Under the pieces are notes generated by a model that saw only the letters and a list, made by a program, of their open reading frames with translations, ran no database searches and was not told the origin of the DNA. 64,000 nucleotides of DNA from Octopus bimaculoides (lineage: Eukaryota): NCBI RefSeq assembly GCF_001194135.2, contig NC_068984.1:47567714-47631713 (forward strand), in the 5' to 3' direction. Below, piece by piece: positions 10,481 to 24,200 of this stretch. A program made the translations under genes and the position numbers. Position 1 is the first letter of the stretch, and each line of letters opens with the position of its first letter.

Positions 10481-13400
10481 AACTCAGTATCTTACCTACA
10501 ATACCACTACATACAATGCACGCACGCACGCACACACGCACACACACACAAAGGTATACATCCCAGGTCAAGAAGCACTGTTATTGCCTACATATTCTTT
10601 CGATACCAAGAAAGCAGGAACCAGTTCATTTGGAAAGTTGTACATATTTACTTTAAAAGAAGTGAAAATGGATAGCATTGGAGGCATAAACCAGAAGTAA
10701 TCCTGAACTTGAAGTACTGAACATATATGATATCATATAGTAAAGGTTACTTCCATACGAGTCATGAATAAGAAATCTTAAATACCTCGTGCGGAAAGTA
10801 AAACATAAAAAAAAAATAATAATAATAAAACTTGAAAAGTGGGGAAAACGCAGATAGAAACATTGATGAGGCTGTTGCTAGAATAGTTTGGGAAGAATCA
10901 TGTGAAACAAATAGATATTGATCAAGGAATAGAAGAACAAGAGAAACTGACAAACCTCGGAAACACATTTTAATAAAATCTACAGGATATTGTTATCAGA
11001 AATCATCAGTGTATTGTTATCAATACTAACACTGTCAAAGTACTTTCCGCCAACATGAAAACAAAAAGGAAGGAAGAAATGAGAGAGAAGTCATCCATGA
11101 TTAAACCCAAACATTACTGGATTACTAAGTTATACCTACCAATTTGTACGGAACAAATAACTGGATTTGCGTTCCCAGAAAGAACAGCGAGATACGAACA
11201 CCACGATTCATTCTAATTTAAAATTGACACGAAGATAGTGATGTTACACAGCTGTAAGTACTAAATAACAGCCATGAAGAGAAAATGACCAGTTTGATAT
11301 ACCATGAGATAACGGGTCCGTTTCATTCTCTTTCTTCCCCTTTATTTCTGATTAATGAATATGGTCAGTAATTTTAAGAGAGTGGCTGCTTAGTCGGTGC
11401 CATCGACCCTAATACACGAGCACTACATTATTATATCGACCCTGAAAGAATGAAAAGCAAATTCGACCTCGGTGGGATTTGAAACCTGAACATAGAAGAA
11501 ATACCGCATAGCGTATTGTTCGACGCTCTAAGATTTCTACCAACACCCCGTCCTTTTCCTCTTTGTAATAATGGCTTCTAACGTACACACAAGACAACGT
11601 ATTTTGAAGATATGGGAGAGTTGAATTTAATAAAGCAGGATTTAAACTCAGAACTTAAAGAAAATTAACTGAATAATTACTTTGTTCGATACTCAATTCT
11701 ACTATGGCACCAGACAGGTGGTTTGTAAACGCAAGAAGCGTATGTATCCAACGAGGAAGTAGCTTTAATACATACAGAAATTCATATACAAACCTATAAT
11801 TTGTCGTTTTTTAAAGAATTCCACTCCCTAGTTATTGGTTGGCCAGATCCAAGGGTAGAAGAGTCAAGTTCAATGTGACTGAAGTGGAACAGAACCCAAA
11901 ACTTTATGAATGTGAGCGCGAACTTCTTAACTATTCCACGATTCATGTAGATATACACATACGTATAATCACGCCAGCTAGCTGATTTGTGCCTAATTCG
12001 AATGAAAGATCTTTATTTCTAGGTTGCAAGCCAGCTCTTGCTCTATTGAAGAGAAATTTGAAAAAATAGATCATGCGCATAAGTATTTTACACAAAGGAA
12101 ACGGTTTACATCATACATGCACGACCTAATATACATACAAACAAACAAACACATATATAGAAACATATATATATATATGTTCCAAATAACTAGGCAGGGT
12201 TTTATATTGCAATACAGAGTCAGAATGCATTCAATATGAAGCTAAGCCGGTTGTACAACTGTTGTGCACATCTATTTTTACTGCAACACTTCAAAGAGTA
12301 TTTCTTATGGCACATTGACATACACAGGTGTGCACACACGCATAAAAAAATCTTACATCCATGTAAGCATATTTATTTGCAGCTGCACAAAAATTATGTT
12401 CTGATTGCACAACTTCAAACAATAACGATAGATAGATAGATAGTTAGATAGAAGCTTACATTAATATACAAACTTACGCATGCCATTGTGCACACCTTCA
12501 AAAACAATTGCAGCAACTATATTCAAACGCTGTGACATGCCTACAATGTATTGAAGTTGCAACATCGAAATGCAATACACAGAAAATGCGACATGCATAC
12601 ATACAGCTACAATGAATTGCAGTCACATAATAAAACTGCAGGACCGCGAACAGCGCCGAAATTGCACACACATACAAACACTTATGAATCGACAACGTAC
12701 AAACCTAGCTTTATATTGTGATACACAAGTGACACACTCATACACACACAAAGCTACAATATGGAGCCAAGCAATTTACTTTGCAGTTGCATAGACATTC
12801 TTATTGCACAATGTCATCTCAACATTGCTGCTGCAGCCACATATCCAGATATAAACTATAGCCACATACCCAGACGCAAACATGCATGCATAAATACATA
12901 CGCAGCCACAAACTTACATAATCAATCGCACACTTTTATATAATTAGACAAACACCTCACTTCTCACATATACATACGCAAATACAACGTTGCTCTCTCT
13001 CTCTCTCTCTCTACCTCATATATGTGTATGTGCGTGTGCAAACCCATCCTTATATATATATATATATATATATATAACACAGCGCAAATAACCTTTTGTT
13101 ACATACATACACAGGCAAGTATCCTTATTGGCAAACGCTTACAGCCATAGCACGGCTACAATGCTGGTTTAAATAGCTAATCTCTCATGACCACAGTTTA
13201 TATGTGCAAATGCTTGTGAGTCATTAGTTATAAACAAAGCACAATTTTTTTTTTCCTTTGGGCAGAAAAATTAAGTGCGTGCTGGTCAGCAGATGTGGTA
13301 TCCTTCGAGTCACTAAGATGTAGATTTGATCTCGAAACCCGACTTAAATTGCCTTTTTAATGACGTTAACCAAGGCCGTTCGATTTTCTATTTTCTTTTA

Positions 13401-13699
13401 AAAAGAGTAACACTTCATTAATTAGTTTCTTGCCCATACTTTTCTTTTATGTTTAGGAAAGATCTTGAATATACGGGCAAGTCATTTTTCGACATAGGCC
13501 CCTTGCTTTTTATGCTCCACTTTTTTCAGAGGAGCTTTTGTACGCCTTCAGGAAAATTCATTTTGGATTGAGGAATGAGATACATAGTGTACTACGTCCT
13601 TCACTTCTTCATCCGGGACAAATCGACTACCACTAAAGGCATCTTACATAGCAGCACAAGTAATAATCGAAAGGAGTTAGGAATATGGGTAAATTATTA

Positions 13700-14110
13700 A
13701 AATTTCAGCTTCTAGCGTGGGCAATAATATGGCAGTGGTTGGCCTCGGTGTTCGGTTCGAATTGCGAGGCTTAAGTTGTTATGTAGCATTTTGCTATAAC
13801 GATCACTTTACTATTCGCTCAGATATTGACTCAAGACTCGCCACTATCGCCATTCTAACTGTTGGTCGGGTTTTGAACTTTCTATGACCGGCGACTGCAG
13901 ATGTTTCCATTCTATACTCTGGGTTTTATTTACTAATCAACTCGAAGAGTTTTATCCAATTTTCATCGCCAACGAACGAAAGTCATTTTTCTTTCTCCAA
14001 CGTATCAATTTCGTTACCATAGCGATCCAAAGGTCATGGGCAGAATTCGAAGCGATATTGTTATAATTTTGAATTGTCTGCATCCCACCTTGCACAAATT
14101 TTACTATAAA
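13700..14110 (-). pseudogene. Decayed mariner (DD34D-type) transposase fragment
   Basis: Piecing frames on the minus strand gives SKICARW (WVPR-type motif) ... VGDENWIKLFE (first catalytic D) ... SIEWKHLQSP ... RKFKTRPT ... LSLAIRTEHRG. It has multiple stops and frameshifts. Confidence 0.7.
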
Positions 14111-14129
14111 CAAGTAGTTTTCTTTTATT

Positions 14130-14386
14130 TCTTTTACTTGTTTAAGCCATTTGACTTCGGCCATACTGGAGCACCGCCTTTAGTCGAACAAATCGACACC
14201 CAGGACTTATTCTTTGTAAGCCTAGAACTTATTCTATCTTGTATTTTGCCGAATCGCTAGATTAAGGGAATGTAAGCACGCTAGCATCGGTTGTCAAGCA
14301 TTGATGGGGGGACAAATAGAGATACACGCAGTGGGACTGAACCCGGAACCATGTGGTTGGGAAGCAAGCTTCTTACTACACAGCCA
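14130..14386 (-). mobile_element. SINE family C copy with internal deletion
   Basis: It has the family C tail (CTTTTACTTGTTTAAGCCATTTGACTTCGGCCATACTGGAGCACCGCC) joined to the head (GCAGTGGGACTGAACCCGGAACCATGTGGTTGG..CACAGCC). The middle is missing. Confidence 0.85.
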
Positions 14387-14744
14387 GTTATTACATGAAA
14401 TACATAATCATTAATCACTCATTTTTTCAAGAGAACCATATCGCAGAATCGCTCAATGATGTCATCTGCACGAGACGTGGCCGGGTTCGTTCTCGATGTG
14501 TAACATTTATGGTAGCCATATTTCAGTATTTCCATTCAAGTCTCTTTGATTATGACTCTTTGTACATTGCAATCTACCTGAATTTTAAATTTATTATGTT
14601 TTCGTATGTCTGTGTGTTCCTACGCTATGTTTATATGCCCTGAATTATGTATGTGTATATTTAAGTTTGAGTATATCTGTATGTGTGTATATTTACAGTG
14701 ATGTTTTGAATAACCAATAACAAGTTAACGAATGAGTCACTACA

Positions 14745-14950
14745 TGGCCGCTAGATTTGCTAGATATAGCAACCAAATTTCCCAAAATCTCATTCAAGTG
14801 TATGTATTAAATAACGAAAGATACACTAGAAAATGTAGCTTTTGACAAAAGAGAGAAAAAAAAAGAAAATTAGATGGGAAGGTCACAAGAGGAACGTTTT
14901 TAATCATAGTTATTCTCAATCTGAACAGGCCTGGGGCTAAACAGCAACGA
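14745..14950 (+). repeat. Unclassified dispersed repeat family F (GCTAGAAATAGCAGCCAAAT...GGGGCTAAACAACAAC); other copies ~18390-18575(+), 20545-20790(-), 22975-23260(+), 40110-40335(-), 56405-56579(+), 61625-62210(+)
   Basis: Recurrent diverged ~200-250-bp sequence with shared motifs (GCTAGA.ATAGC, GATAATGTAG, GATGGTCA, GGGCTAAACAAC). Boundaries are approximate. Confidence 0.55.
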
Positions 14951-15269
14951 AACTTATATTAAAGCAGCACATGGAATTTAACTGCAAGACCAATATGCAG
15001 TAATTGATAGCCAACTGCATTACAAGCTGCAGCGCACATAATTCAATTGCACAACATCAAACATCACTGCACACACATACACTGAAGCACATGGAGGGTT
15101 GTTCACATGCTCAACGAGAAATACACATTCATAAACATGTCGAACGCACACACACACACACACACACGTGCGCTCATACACACACACTCACACACACGCA
15201 CACTGTTACAATCCATGATCTAAGCAAATTACATTGCAGCTGCACACAGAAACTGCAAGACCAATGTGC

Positions 15270-15941
15270 AGTAATTTACCCCCTCCCCTACCTGCCAGTG
15301 ATGACAGTGACACCGCCCTCCACCTACGTTCTGCAAATTCCTCTAGCTACTCCTCAAATCATAGAAATAATATTTCTATCTCATTTCCTCCCCGTCTTTG
15401 CAACTCCCTTACTTATTATTACTACTTCTTTCTCTACTGCCCTTCTCTCTCTCTCCCCCCTCTCTCTCTCTTTTTCCTTTTCTATAAAGAGCTTTTATCA
15501 TCTCTCCACCTTAGAAGTCTTTATTTCACATCCTCCTCCTCCCGTTGGTTTCGATGATGATTTTTCCCCTTTTCATTCGCCTATCCCCACCCTTTACTCT
15601 GCCTGTTGGTAGATCCCACCTTTTCTCTCTTCCTCCACCTTTCTTGCACCACCCGTCTGTCTAATTCCTTCTCGCCCACCCTTTATCCTATGTTCTTTTT
15701 TATCTTCTCTCCACTCTACCCCCCCCACACACCTTACTGCATTAACACTCCTATCTCTCCAACGCAAACACAACAAGCACCACCATCACTACGACCAACA
15801 CATACGTCACCGCCACCACTACCACTAATAAAAGCCCCGCCATCACTATTACCAACACAAGCGTCACCAGCATTACCATCAGCATAAAAAAAGATCCACT
15901 ACAACCACCTATAAATCAACCGACATTACTACCTGCACCCT

Positions 15942-15983
<42 letters not shown>

Positions 15984-17610
15984 TCTCTCTCTTTCTTTAT
16001 TTATCAACAACAACGATTAACTAGATCCAATGCCAACTTTATGAAAACTACTACAAAAACCGCATTCACTACCACCAGCAATACTATAAAAGTTACTACC
16101 ACCGCTACTCCTTTTACAAGCGCCTCAACCATTGCCACGAAAGAGAGACCGCTATTGTAAAATAGCGGTCTGCTTTTCGTGGATCAAATATTAAGGATCA
16201 AATACTAACAGCTCAAACATTACTGCCAATCCTACCATTACCTGCCCCTTGTTTCTGACATCAGCACCACCGGCGCCAACCTATTAGCTCAATAAACAAT
16301 TATATTGATAATGATGATCGCCATCATAATCCACTTCACCATCGTCATCGTTATCAACGTAACTACTACCCAGAACTTTCTCGTACAACCACACTTTTAT
16401 TACTATCAAACAGTCACATCGCCTCTCTCCACACCTCCTCTACCTCAAAATTCTCCGCCTCCAACCAATCCACTGTCATTCGATCGTTTACTCACTCTCA
16501 CTCACTCGGGCAAATTTAGTAGGGATAACTATGCATCTTCGCGCGCATGTGTGCATTGGATCGAGTAACTGCAAGAGAATGGATGACAGAGGATGAATGA
16601 CGTGGGGGGGAGGGCAAGAGGAGGGAGGGAGGGAGNNNNNNNNNNNNNNNNNNNNNNNNNNNNNNNNNNNNNNNNNNNNNNNNNNNNNNNNNNNNNNNNN
16701 NNNNNNNNNNNNNNNNNNNNNNNNNNNNNNNNNNNNNNNNNNNNNNNNNNNNNNNNNNNNNNNNNNNNNNNNNNNNNNNNNNNNNNNNNNNNNNNNNNNN
16801 NNNNNNNNNNNNNNNNNNNNNNNNNNNNNNNNNNNNNNNNNNNNNNNNNNNNNNNNNNNNNNNNNNNNNNNNNNNNNNNNNNNNNNNNNNNNNNNNNNNN
16901 NNNNNNNNNNNNNNNNNNNNNNNNNNNNNNNNNNNNNNNNNNNNNNNNNNATATGGGAAGAGACAAGAACGAACGGGGAAAATAGCTGAGAAAGAAAAAA
17001 AGGAAAAATACTAAAGAGAAATAAAGATTGGGCAAGGGATGGAGAGCGAGAGAGTAAGTGAGAGGGAGGAACTGAAGTGTGAACAAGAGGAGAGGAACAA
17101 AGAGGAATGCAAAAGAGATAGAAAGATCAATGTGAGTGGATCCATGGATACGTGTATATATATATATGCTGATATATATTTGCAAGCAAGCTTTCATGCG
17201 TTTGTGAAATTTTAGCTTATTTCTATGTATGTGTCTCCCTCCTGTCTTGTGTGTGCGTCTTGTGTAATGTACGTTTATTTCTTCTGTTAGTAGTTATGCC
17301 TACATATCCATGCGTATGACAGCGGTTGTGTACGTAGCTTCCACTGTTTCTTAATGGATGTGTGGAAGTTTCTATGAAGCCATGTGCGCGGCGCGTGTAT
17401 GTCCATGTGAGTGGATTTTCAATAATGATCATATATGTGCATGTTGTGTGTGTGTGTGTGTGTGTGTGTTTGTGTGTAGTAGTGTTTTACATATGTAGGA
17501 GTGTGTGCGTGTGCGAGTGAATTTCCGTAGAACTCAGTGTAAGTATAAGCGTATGTGCTTGTACCTGTATAAGAAACGAAACTAGAATCTATACCGACTT
17601 CACATTTCCT

Positions 17611-17642
<32 letters not shown>

Positions 17643-18330
17643 ACACACACACACGTGTGTACACGTAAATACAGACATTTAGACGCACACACACTCATAA
17701 ATGAATCCATTGATGAGAACGACTTCAATTTAAAGTAAAACTGTAAAGGAGAGTGAGTGTGAGGGAGAAGGATTGAAGAGGAGGGGACCAAAGATAGTGG
17801 TAGGAAGAAATGCCGAGGGATGGAAAAACAGTAGGAGGATTGGTGGATTGATGTGGTAGGAGGATTAGAAGCAGGAGGAAGTAAAGAGATGGGAGACAGA
17901 AAGCAGGAAGAAGAGGAAGGAGTGTGAGGTGATTTAGGAGAGCAGTAGTAAGAGAAAAGGCTGAGGGAGGGGAAAGGCTAGTAAAAGGAATTGCGAAGTG
18001 GAGGCAAAGGGAAGCAGGAGGGAGGGATGAGAAAGGATCACAGGGAGGAGAGGAATAGTAGGAGGAAGTAGTGCTCAGTAGCTGTGGGGGCGCGCAATGG
18101 AAGACGAAAAAGGGGTGGAATGATTGAAATCACAGTGGGAGATAAGGTAAAGAGTTGGGGAAATGTCAGCGACATGTAAAGGCCGTTGTGTTGCACAAGT
18201 TAATACATAAGATTAAACAAGGGTTGAGTGGGGAGGGTTAAAATTTGATTATAATTAGTAGTAGTAATAGCAGTTGAAACAGCAGTGGTGGCGGTAGAGG
18301 TTGTAAGGATGGGAATCCCTATGTTGCTGA
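15270..18330. repeat. Low-complexity block: CT-rich, ACC/ACT-rich, (CT)n, gap, GA-rich, (TG)/(CA)n, GA-rich
   Basis: Visible simple-sequence composition. The ORFs predicted here (PLP/SLS/HT runs) are artefacts. Confidence 0.85.
16636..16950. other. Assembly gap (others: 31218-31416, 34712-35033, 39514-39619, 44498-44547, 50694-50703, 63093-63359)
   Basis: Runs of N. Confidence 0.99.
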
Positions 18331-18876
18331 ATCTGCATTTTGTGCGACACCCTTACAAATCCTACCAGTCCAATACACAGTCACTGCAATTGCTAGACAT
18401 AGTTACTAAAACTCGTTAAAAATCACAATCTAGTGTCTTCTACAAGCACCGAAACATTCGATGATGAAATCCTTGAAGTGTATTATGTCTGGAGAAAAAA
18501 AAAATTAAGATTGGATGGTTCCGGTTAAAAGGTTTTTGCGGCAGAGATGACCTTGGGTCAACCATCAACAACAACGAAAATATTACTGGAAGAAGCGTGG
18601 TGAATAAGAATGAACATAGGAAAATATATTCAAATGGGGTGGTGGTACGAATTTTGCTCAGTTAAGGGGTATGTAGTCAATGTCATACGCAACAGATGGG
18701 GGTGGGGGAAGAGAAAAAAAAAGGTGATAAAAATTCTTAATTACAATTTCTATATTTCTAAACTAGGAATCGAAACATTATTTCGAACGTCTACAGAGAA
18801 ATCAAACAAATACACACACACGTGTATTTATATTACATGCGCATGTATATGCATATATATATATATGTGTGTGTGT

Positions 18877-18917
<41 letters not shown>

Positions 18918-19718
18918 GTATTTGAAGCACTACATTTACGAAAAACATATAGATTTTCTAACCACTACGCCAAAGCTACTTCAGACTTTGACAGTTCAAA
19001 TTAGTAAACTTCAACTAAATAGCTACGACGACATACTAGTAACAATACACATGGACACACACCCGATTTGTTGCTTAGGAGTAATTGTAAACAGAAAGAT
19101 GAGACTGAATGTCCTTCATGCTTTTCCCCGAAGTTCTCAAAGAAAGTGAAAGCGTTTTCACGAAGAATGAGGTGAAATATCATTTGTGTAAGTCGACTTT
19201 GACGCAGCTAACATTCTCCTACATGCCGCTTCTATTGATGCCTTACACAGGTACAGAGTCAGTGAGTTGCGTGGCAAAAAAATGAAATTATCAATGCTCA
19301 GGAGACTCAACAATGCTACAAAATCCCGATAGGGTAAAAATGTAATTCCCTCAGCGGGATACAATATATAAAATCAAATGAACTGCGGCTTCGAAGAACC
19401 AACATCTTTTTACATTAATTCATCACTTGACACGATACATCCGAGGTTTTGAGAGATTAAGACTTGAAATTAGTTGCTTATGTTGGTTAAGTATTAAGCT
19501 ATCCCTCACCGAACAAGCCTTAAAAGACGTTCTAACCGTCTTCATCTGTCTTTTTTTTTTTTTAAATAGATAGTGGGTGAAATAAGTCATAGTTTTTGAA
19601 GAAAGAAAATGCACAATTTGACGAAGATTTAGCCGCTATTTCTAGATCGTGTGACCGTATTGAATCTCTCGTTGAATCGCTTGTTTTCTCTAGCGTAAAG
19701 GTGAGAGATAGAAATAGG

Positions 19719-19808
19719 AGAGAGAGAGGGCGAAAGAGAGAGAGAGGGCGAAAGAGAGAGAGAGGGCGAAAGAGAGAGAGCAAGAGAGAGAGAGAGAGAG
19801 AGAGAAAG
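19719..19808. repeat. (GA)n-derived 18-bp tandem repeat (GAGAGAGAGGGCGAAA..) x3 followed by (GA)n
   Basis: Direct reading. It produces the RKRERG repeats in the ORF track. Confidence 0.85.
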
Positions 19809-20813
19809 AGAAGGAGAATCCCTCGACCAATAGCTTGCATTTGGATAGGACACCAGGTACTCAAAAGTAAGTTTCCGGAATTTGTGTTTCGAAAATTAAG
19901 GCAATGTTCAAAGAATTGTCCAACAGGAGATGTGACTTCACGTACTATGAATTGGTGGTACAATACTGTATGAACTCGGCCATTTGGCTTTAACAAACAT
20001 TGCAATGCTGCACCAGCAATATCGATTATTGTGGTTGTTTTAGTTCGTAGCTGTAGCTGAGATGGTGTTGGAGGTGTTGGTGGCAGCAAGTTGTGGTACT
20101 GGTGACTGCAGTAGCGTTAATAAAAAGAGTTTGGTAAGGCACTCATCTTAAGAAATAAGTCAAGAGGATATTTCAGAACCTTCACGTTGTTTGTCTGACA
20201 ATACTAATCTATGCCTCCAACCCATCACCATTTACATGCTGCAAATCTTGTTTATTATTATTATTATTATTATTATCATTATTATTATATATTTTTGTAC
20301 TTGTGAATTGTGGTGGTGGTGGTGGTACTGTACTAGTTTTAGTAAGGGACAATTTGGCGTTGATTTTACGAGGGAGCCAAGAACCGATTGATACAAAAAT
20401 AAGACACACAACTTCATCTCAACAAACACATACACCAGAGAGAAAGAGAGAGTCAGATATATAGACAGATAGAAACAGAGAGGGGAGAAGGAAAAAGAGA
20501 GAAACATACATAATGTACGAACGCACATAAGAGCACACAAACATCCATTCAAAAACAGTTGCAGTTCAGCTCCCGGTCAGCCTTGATCAAAAAGAGTTAC
20601 GACCAAATATATTTCAACCGTGACCATCTCATCTTTTGTCTGTATGCAAAGAATCCAGGATGACAGTATCTCGTTTAACCTATTCTAAAATTATGGGATT
20701 TGACGAAGGTAATTTAACTGCAATTTCCAGCAGGTTGAGTGACTTCATACTAGGTTCCATAGTGGCTAATTGACAGAATTTATGCACTTTTACCAATGGA
20801 TGCACATAGATAG

Positions 20814-21220
20814 GTGGAGGCACAATGGCCCAGTGGTTAGGGCAGCGGACTAGCGGTCATAGGATCACGGTTCCGATTCCCAGACCGGGCGTCGTGAGTC
20901 TTTATTGAGCGAAAACACCTAAAAAGCTCCACGAGGCTCCGACAGGGGATGGTGGCGAACCCTGCTGTACTCTTTCACCACAACTTTCTCTCACTCTTAC
21001 TTCCTGTTTCTGTTGTGACTGTAATTCAAAGGGTCAGCCTTGTCACACTGTTTCACACTGTATCACGCTGAATATCCCCGAGAACTACGTTAAGGGCACA
21101 CGTGTCCGTGGAGTGCTCAGCCACTTGCACCTTAATTTCACGAGCAGGCTGTTCCGTTGATCAGATCAACTGGAACCCTCGACGTCGTAAGCGACAGAGT
21201 GCCAACAACAACAACAACAA
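20814..21220 (+). mobile_element. SINE family A, full length (tRNA-derived head, (CAA)n tail)
   Basis: A-box TGGCCCAGTGG, B-box GGTTCCGATTCC, a ~400-bp body shared with three other copies and a CAACAACAAC tail. Imperfect TSD CACATAG(A/C)TA. Confidence 0.92.
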
Positions 21221-24200
21221 CACATAGCTATATCCAGTACATATACCTTCTTTACCTTTTCTGTACAAAAGAGAGCGCAGATCTTTGAAGGTGGTCTTGT
21301 GCTCCTTTTCCTCAAGCATTCGCAGCTCATTCTCCTCTTCTTGTCTTACATATTATGCCCCTTCTTAGCACCGCAATAACTACTACGCCTCCACAGAATT
21401 TCAACCTATTGGCTATCCATCTTTACATATATTTTTCCAGTAGCATTTGACTTTCAACCTTTTAAATAGGAATGTTAACAACATTGATTTCACTGGGGTC
21501 ACAGGCATTCTGCGAAGGTCATCGGTTCACTCTGTTTCTCCAGAATAAGCAAATGAAGAGAAAAAATTATGTCTATAAATGCATACAATACACACAATAT
21601 CTGCCTATATTAGAAAAGTCCTTACACACAGCTAGATGTACGAATACACACACACACACATGACGCTAATACACACGTTTACCTCATCTATCCATACATG
21701 CAACAGGTATACAATACGCCAGTCAATAAGAGAGTATATCTATGTGGTCAGTCGAATGTCTTGAGATAGCAGTTATTTCTGCCTCAAATCTCACGATGCT
21801 CTCATAAAAAAAGGATAAGCTGGACAATGTAGTTCTTAATATGCAAACATCAATAAGAGTAGAGCACGATTCGAGCAAATCAACCGTACATACATACATA
21901 CACACACATGCATACATACACACCCTTGTAATTGAATGCATACACAAACATCAACGCAAGGAATACTGGGACAACATTCTGATCAAAACATCCGTCAAGT
22001 GTAAACATAACAAACGTGATATTATTGTTTGGGGCAGACAAGAAAAATTATGCATAGTCATAGAGGCCAGCTGTCTAGCTGATGTGAACGTCTCCTTGAA
22101 AATCTAAGAGACAGAGAATAACTATGGACAACTCCATTGAAACATTCAACTTCAATCTCCAGATTATATATTCACATTTATACCAATAACAATTAGTGTA
22201 CATGGTTTTGTGAGTAAATGCTTAAGACAATCTAGATAAGCTAAGGTCTTCGAGAAGAGAAATCAACCTAACTAGCGCATTACAAATACAATCTGCTGTA
22301 AGTGGAACAATAAAAATATGCAAAACTATCCTCAAGTTTAAAATGTCACATTGTTTTTCTTATCTACATTCCAGCGATGGAGCTTTGTAACCTTATTAGA
22401 AACTAGCTCCTTCTTCAGATAAAGAATTTAAATAATTAAAAACACATACATGCATAAGCTTTACACACTGCTACAACAACCGATTCTCATTTCGACACAC
22501 ACACACACACACACACACATAATTTTTTATCATAATTTTAATAGCATTATCATATTCGACCATACACAATAGTTCCATTAAGAATTCCATTAAGTATTCG
22601 AACATATTTAAGTGGAAGAAATTGTAAAAAAATATATTGTTATTAAATATAAAAAAAAAACAACACAATCAAAACAAAGGAAGACATAAAAAAGACAGAC
22701 AGCCAGCCAGAGATATTCCATGTAGATAGCGAGATTAATTAAAATACAACAAATTAGACAAGACTAAATGAGAGGAGATAGACCGGATAACAGAAAAGTA
22801 ATACAGTGCCAGTATGTAATTAGTTTCGCAATTAACATTTTGAAAAATAAATATGGCTGCTGATCAATGAATACATGTTACTTTTGGCATTTTGAGTACA
22901 AGTATGTTGATTTAAGTATACTTATAACCAGACACAAATTATGAACATACAAAGGTGCGAAGCTACAGACCATTGCTCGTCTTGCTAGAAATAGTAGCCA
23001 AGCATCACTCAAACCACGCTCAAACATCCATGTGAGATCTCAGTTAAACCAAATACCTATCACATGGTAGTCTTTACTTGATCGTTCTACTGCTGGAAAT
23101 AGCAGTATAGCTCCTCTAAATTTATGATTTATCTCGAAAAGTGAAATGAAGCGTTGGGTTGTCGTTCTGAATACACTGTCTAAAAATAAGGATGGTGATA
23201 GTTGAAACAGTTTTATATAAGTCTGCTTGATAAGCTCTAACCTGGGGTTAAACAATAAGTACCAATCATAATCATGGAATCGATTCAGTTAATTACACGC
23301 CTGTCTGTATAAATGTCTGGCTCTGTGCCATTGTTAGACAATGGTATTTCGAATGTCTCAGAAACTCATAATTGGTTAATGAGCGCAATGGCTGATTAAG
23401 ATGGTTGGAATGTCTCGCCTGAAATTCCTTTTTACGTTGCGAGGAAAAAATAAAAAAGCTTTTGCCTTTACAGAGTAAAACATTATTTCCAGGAATATAC
23501 CACAGTCGAATTGAAAGACCAAGTTTCCAGTAGTATGATATCGGTGTTAATAATAAACAGTATGTGCTAGATTGATTATGAGTACCAGAATGAGAGATTT
23601 GCAGATAGTATTGTTTGAAATTAATAGTGGATAAATACAAGATTAGTTCATTTTATCTTTTTTTGCTCATTTGTAGATTCCAGTTCGTTTTTTAGCTTTT
23701 CATTTCAGTGCGCATGGTTGTCAACGTGATAGCAACGCATACCACACATACACACGTCACCAAGAACTTAGTTAAACGGATATAGCATTCAAGTGACGAT
23801 AAAAAGCAGATTAGAGAATATGATTATTTGTTTACATACAGATATATACATACATACACACATATAACAATTGTTACTGTGAAGCTGGTTCATAGCCAAA
23901 AGTAAAGAGAAGTCTTTATGCGAGATAAACTATGCGTGGTGGTATACAATCGAAAGTCCCATGTGTAAAACAACATTTAAATTACATTTCAAATGCAGTC
24001 TTACATAAATGAGACACCTGATATGTGTGTATATGATATGAATTAGTTGAAACAGTTTATCAAGCACACAACGTCGTCTCGGCTTACCGTAAAGCAAAAT
24101 GCTGATTTTAGCATAATAATAGCGATAGTTTTTAACATCAAGATAATGCCAGTAATTTTCAGGTGAAAGGCTTAGTTGATTACATCGAGCCTAGTTTTTG

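Noticed and set aside
15004-15612. 202-aa ORF and neighbouring long ORFs (also 28984-29592, 39133-39920, 5483-6059)
   Set aside because: They are made of microsatellite or low-complexity translations (HT, SL, YI, CV runs).
16529-17197. Long ORFs spanning N runs (also 31114-31473, 34251-35072)
   Set aside because: Their length is an artefact of assembly gaps.
19596-19701. Exon-like segment ending AAG|GTGAGA
   Set aside because: It overlaps the family F GCTATTTCTAG motif, has an in-frame stop just upstream, and has a weak acceptor.
20814-20890. tRNA-like heads of families A-E as real tRNA genes
   Set aside because: They lack complete cloverleafs and T-run terminators and continue directly into SINE bodies.
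21255-21345. Minus-strand frame QEEENELRMLEEKEHKTTFKDLRSLLYRK
   Set aside because: It looks protein-like but has no polypyrimidine acceptor and an in-frame stop immediately upstream.
22370-22430. Minus-strand CTGAAGA-A-GGAGC...GCTCC as a third hammerhead
   Set aside because: The GAAA and cleavage-site half of the core is absent.
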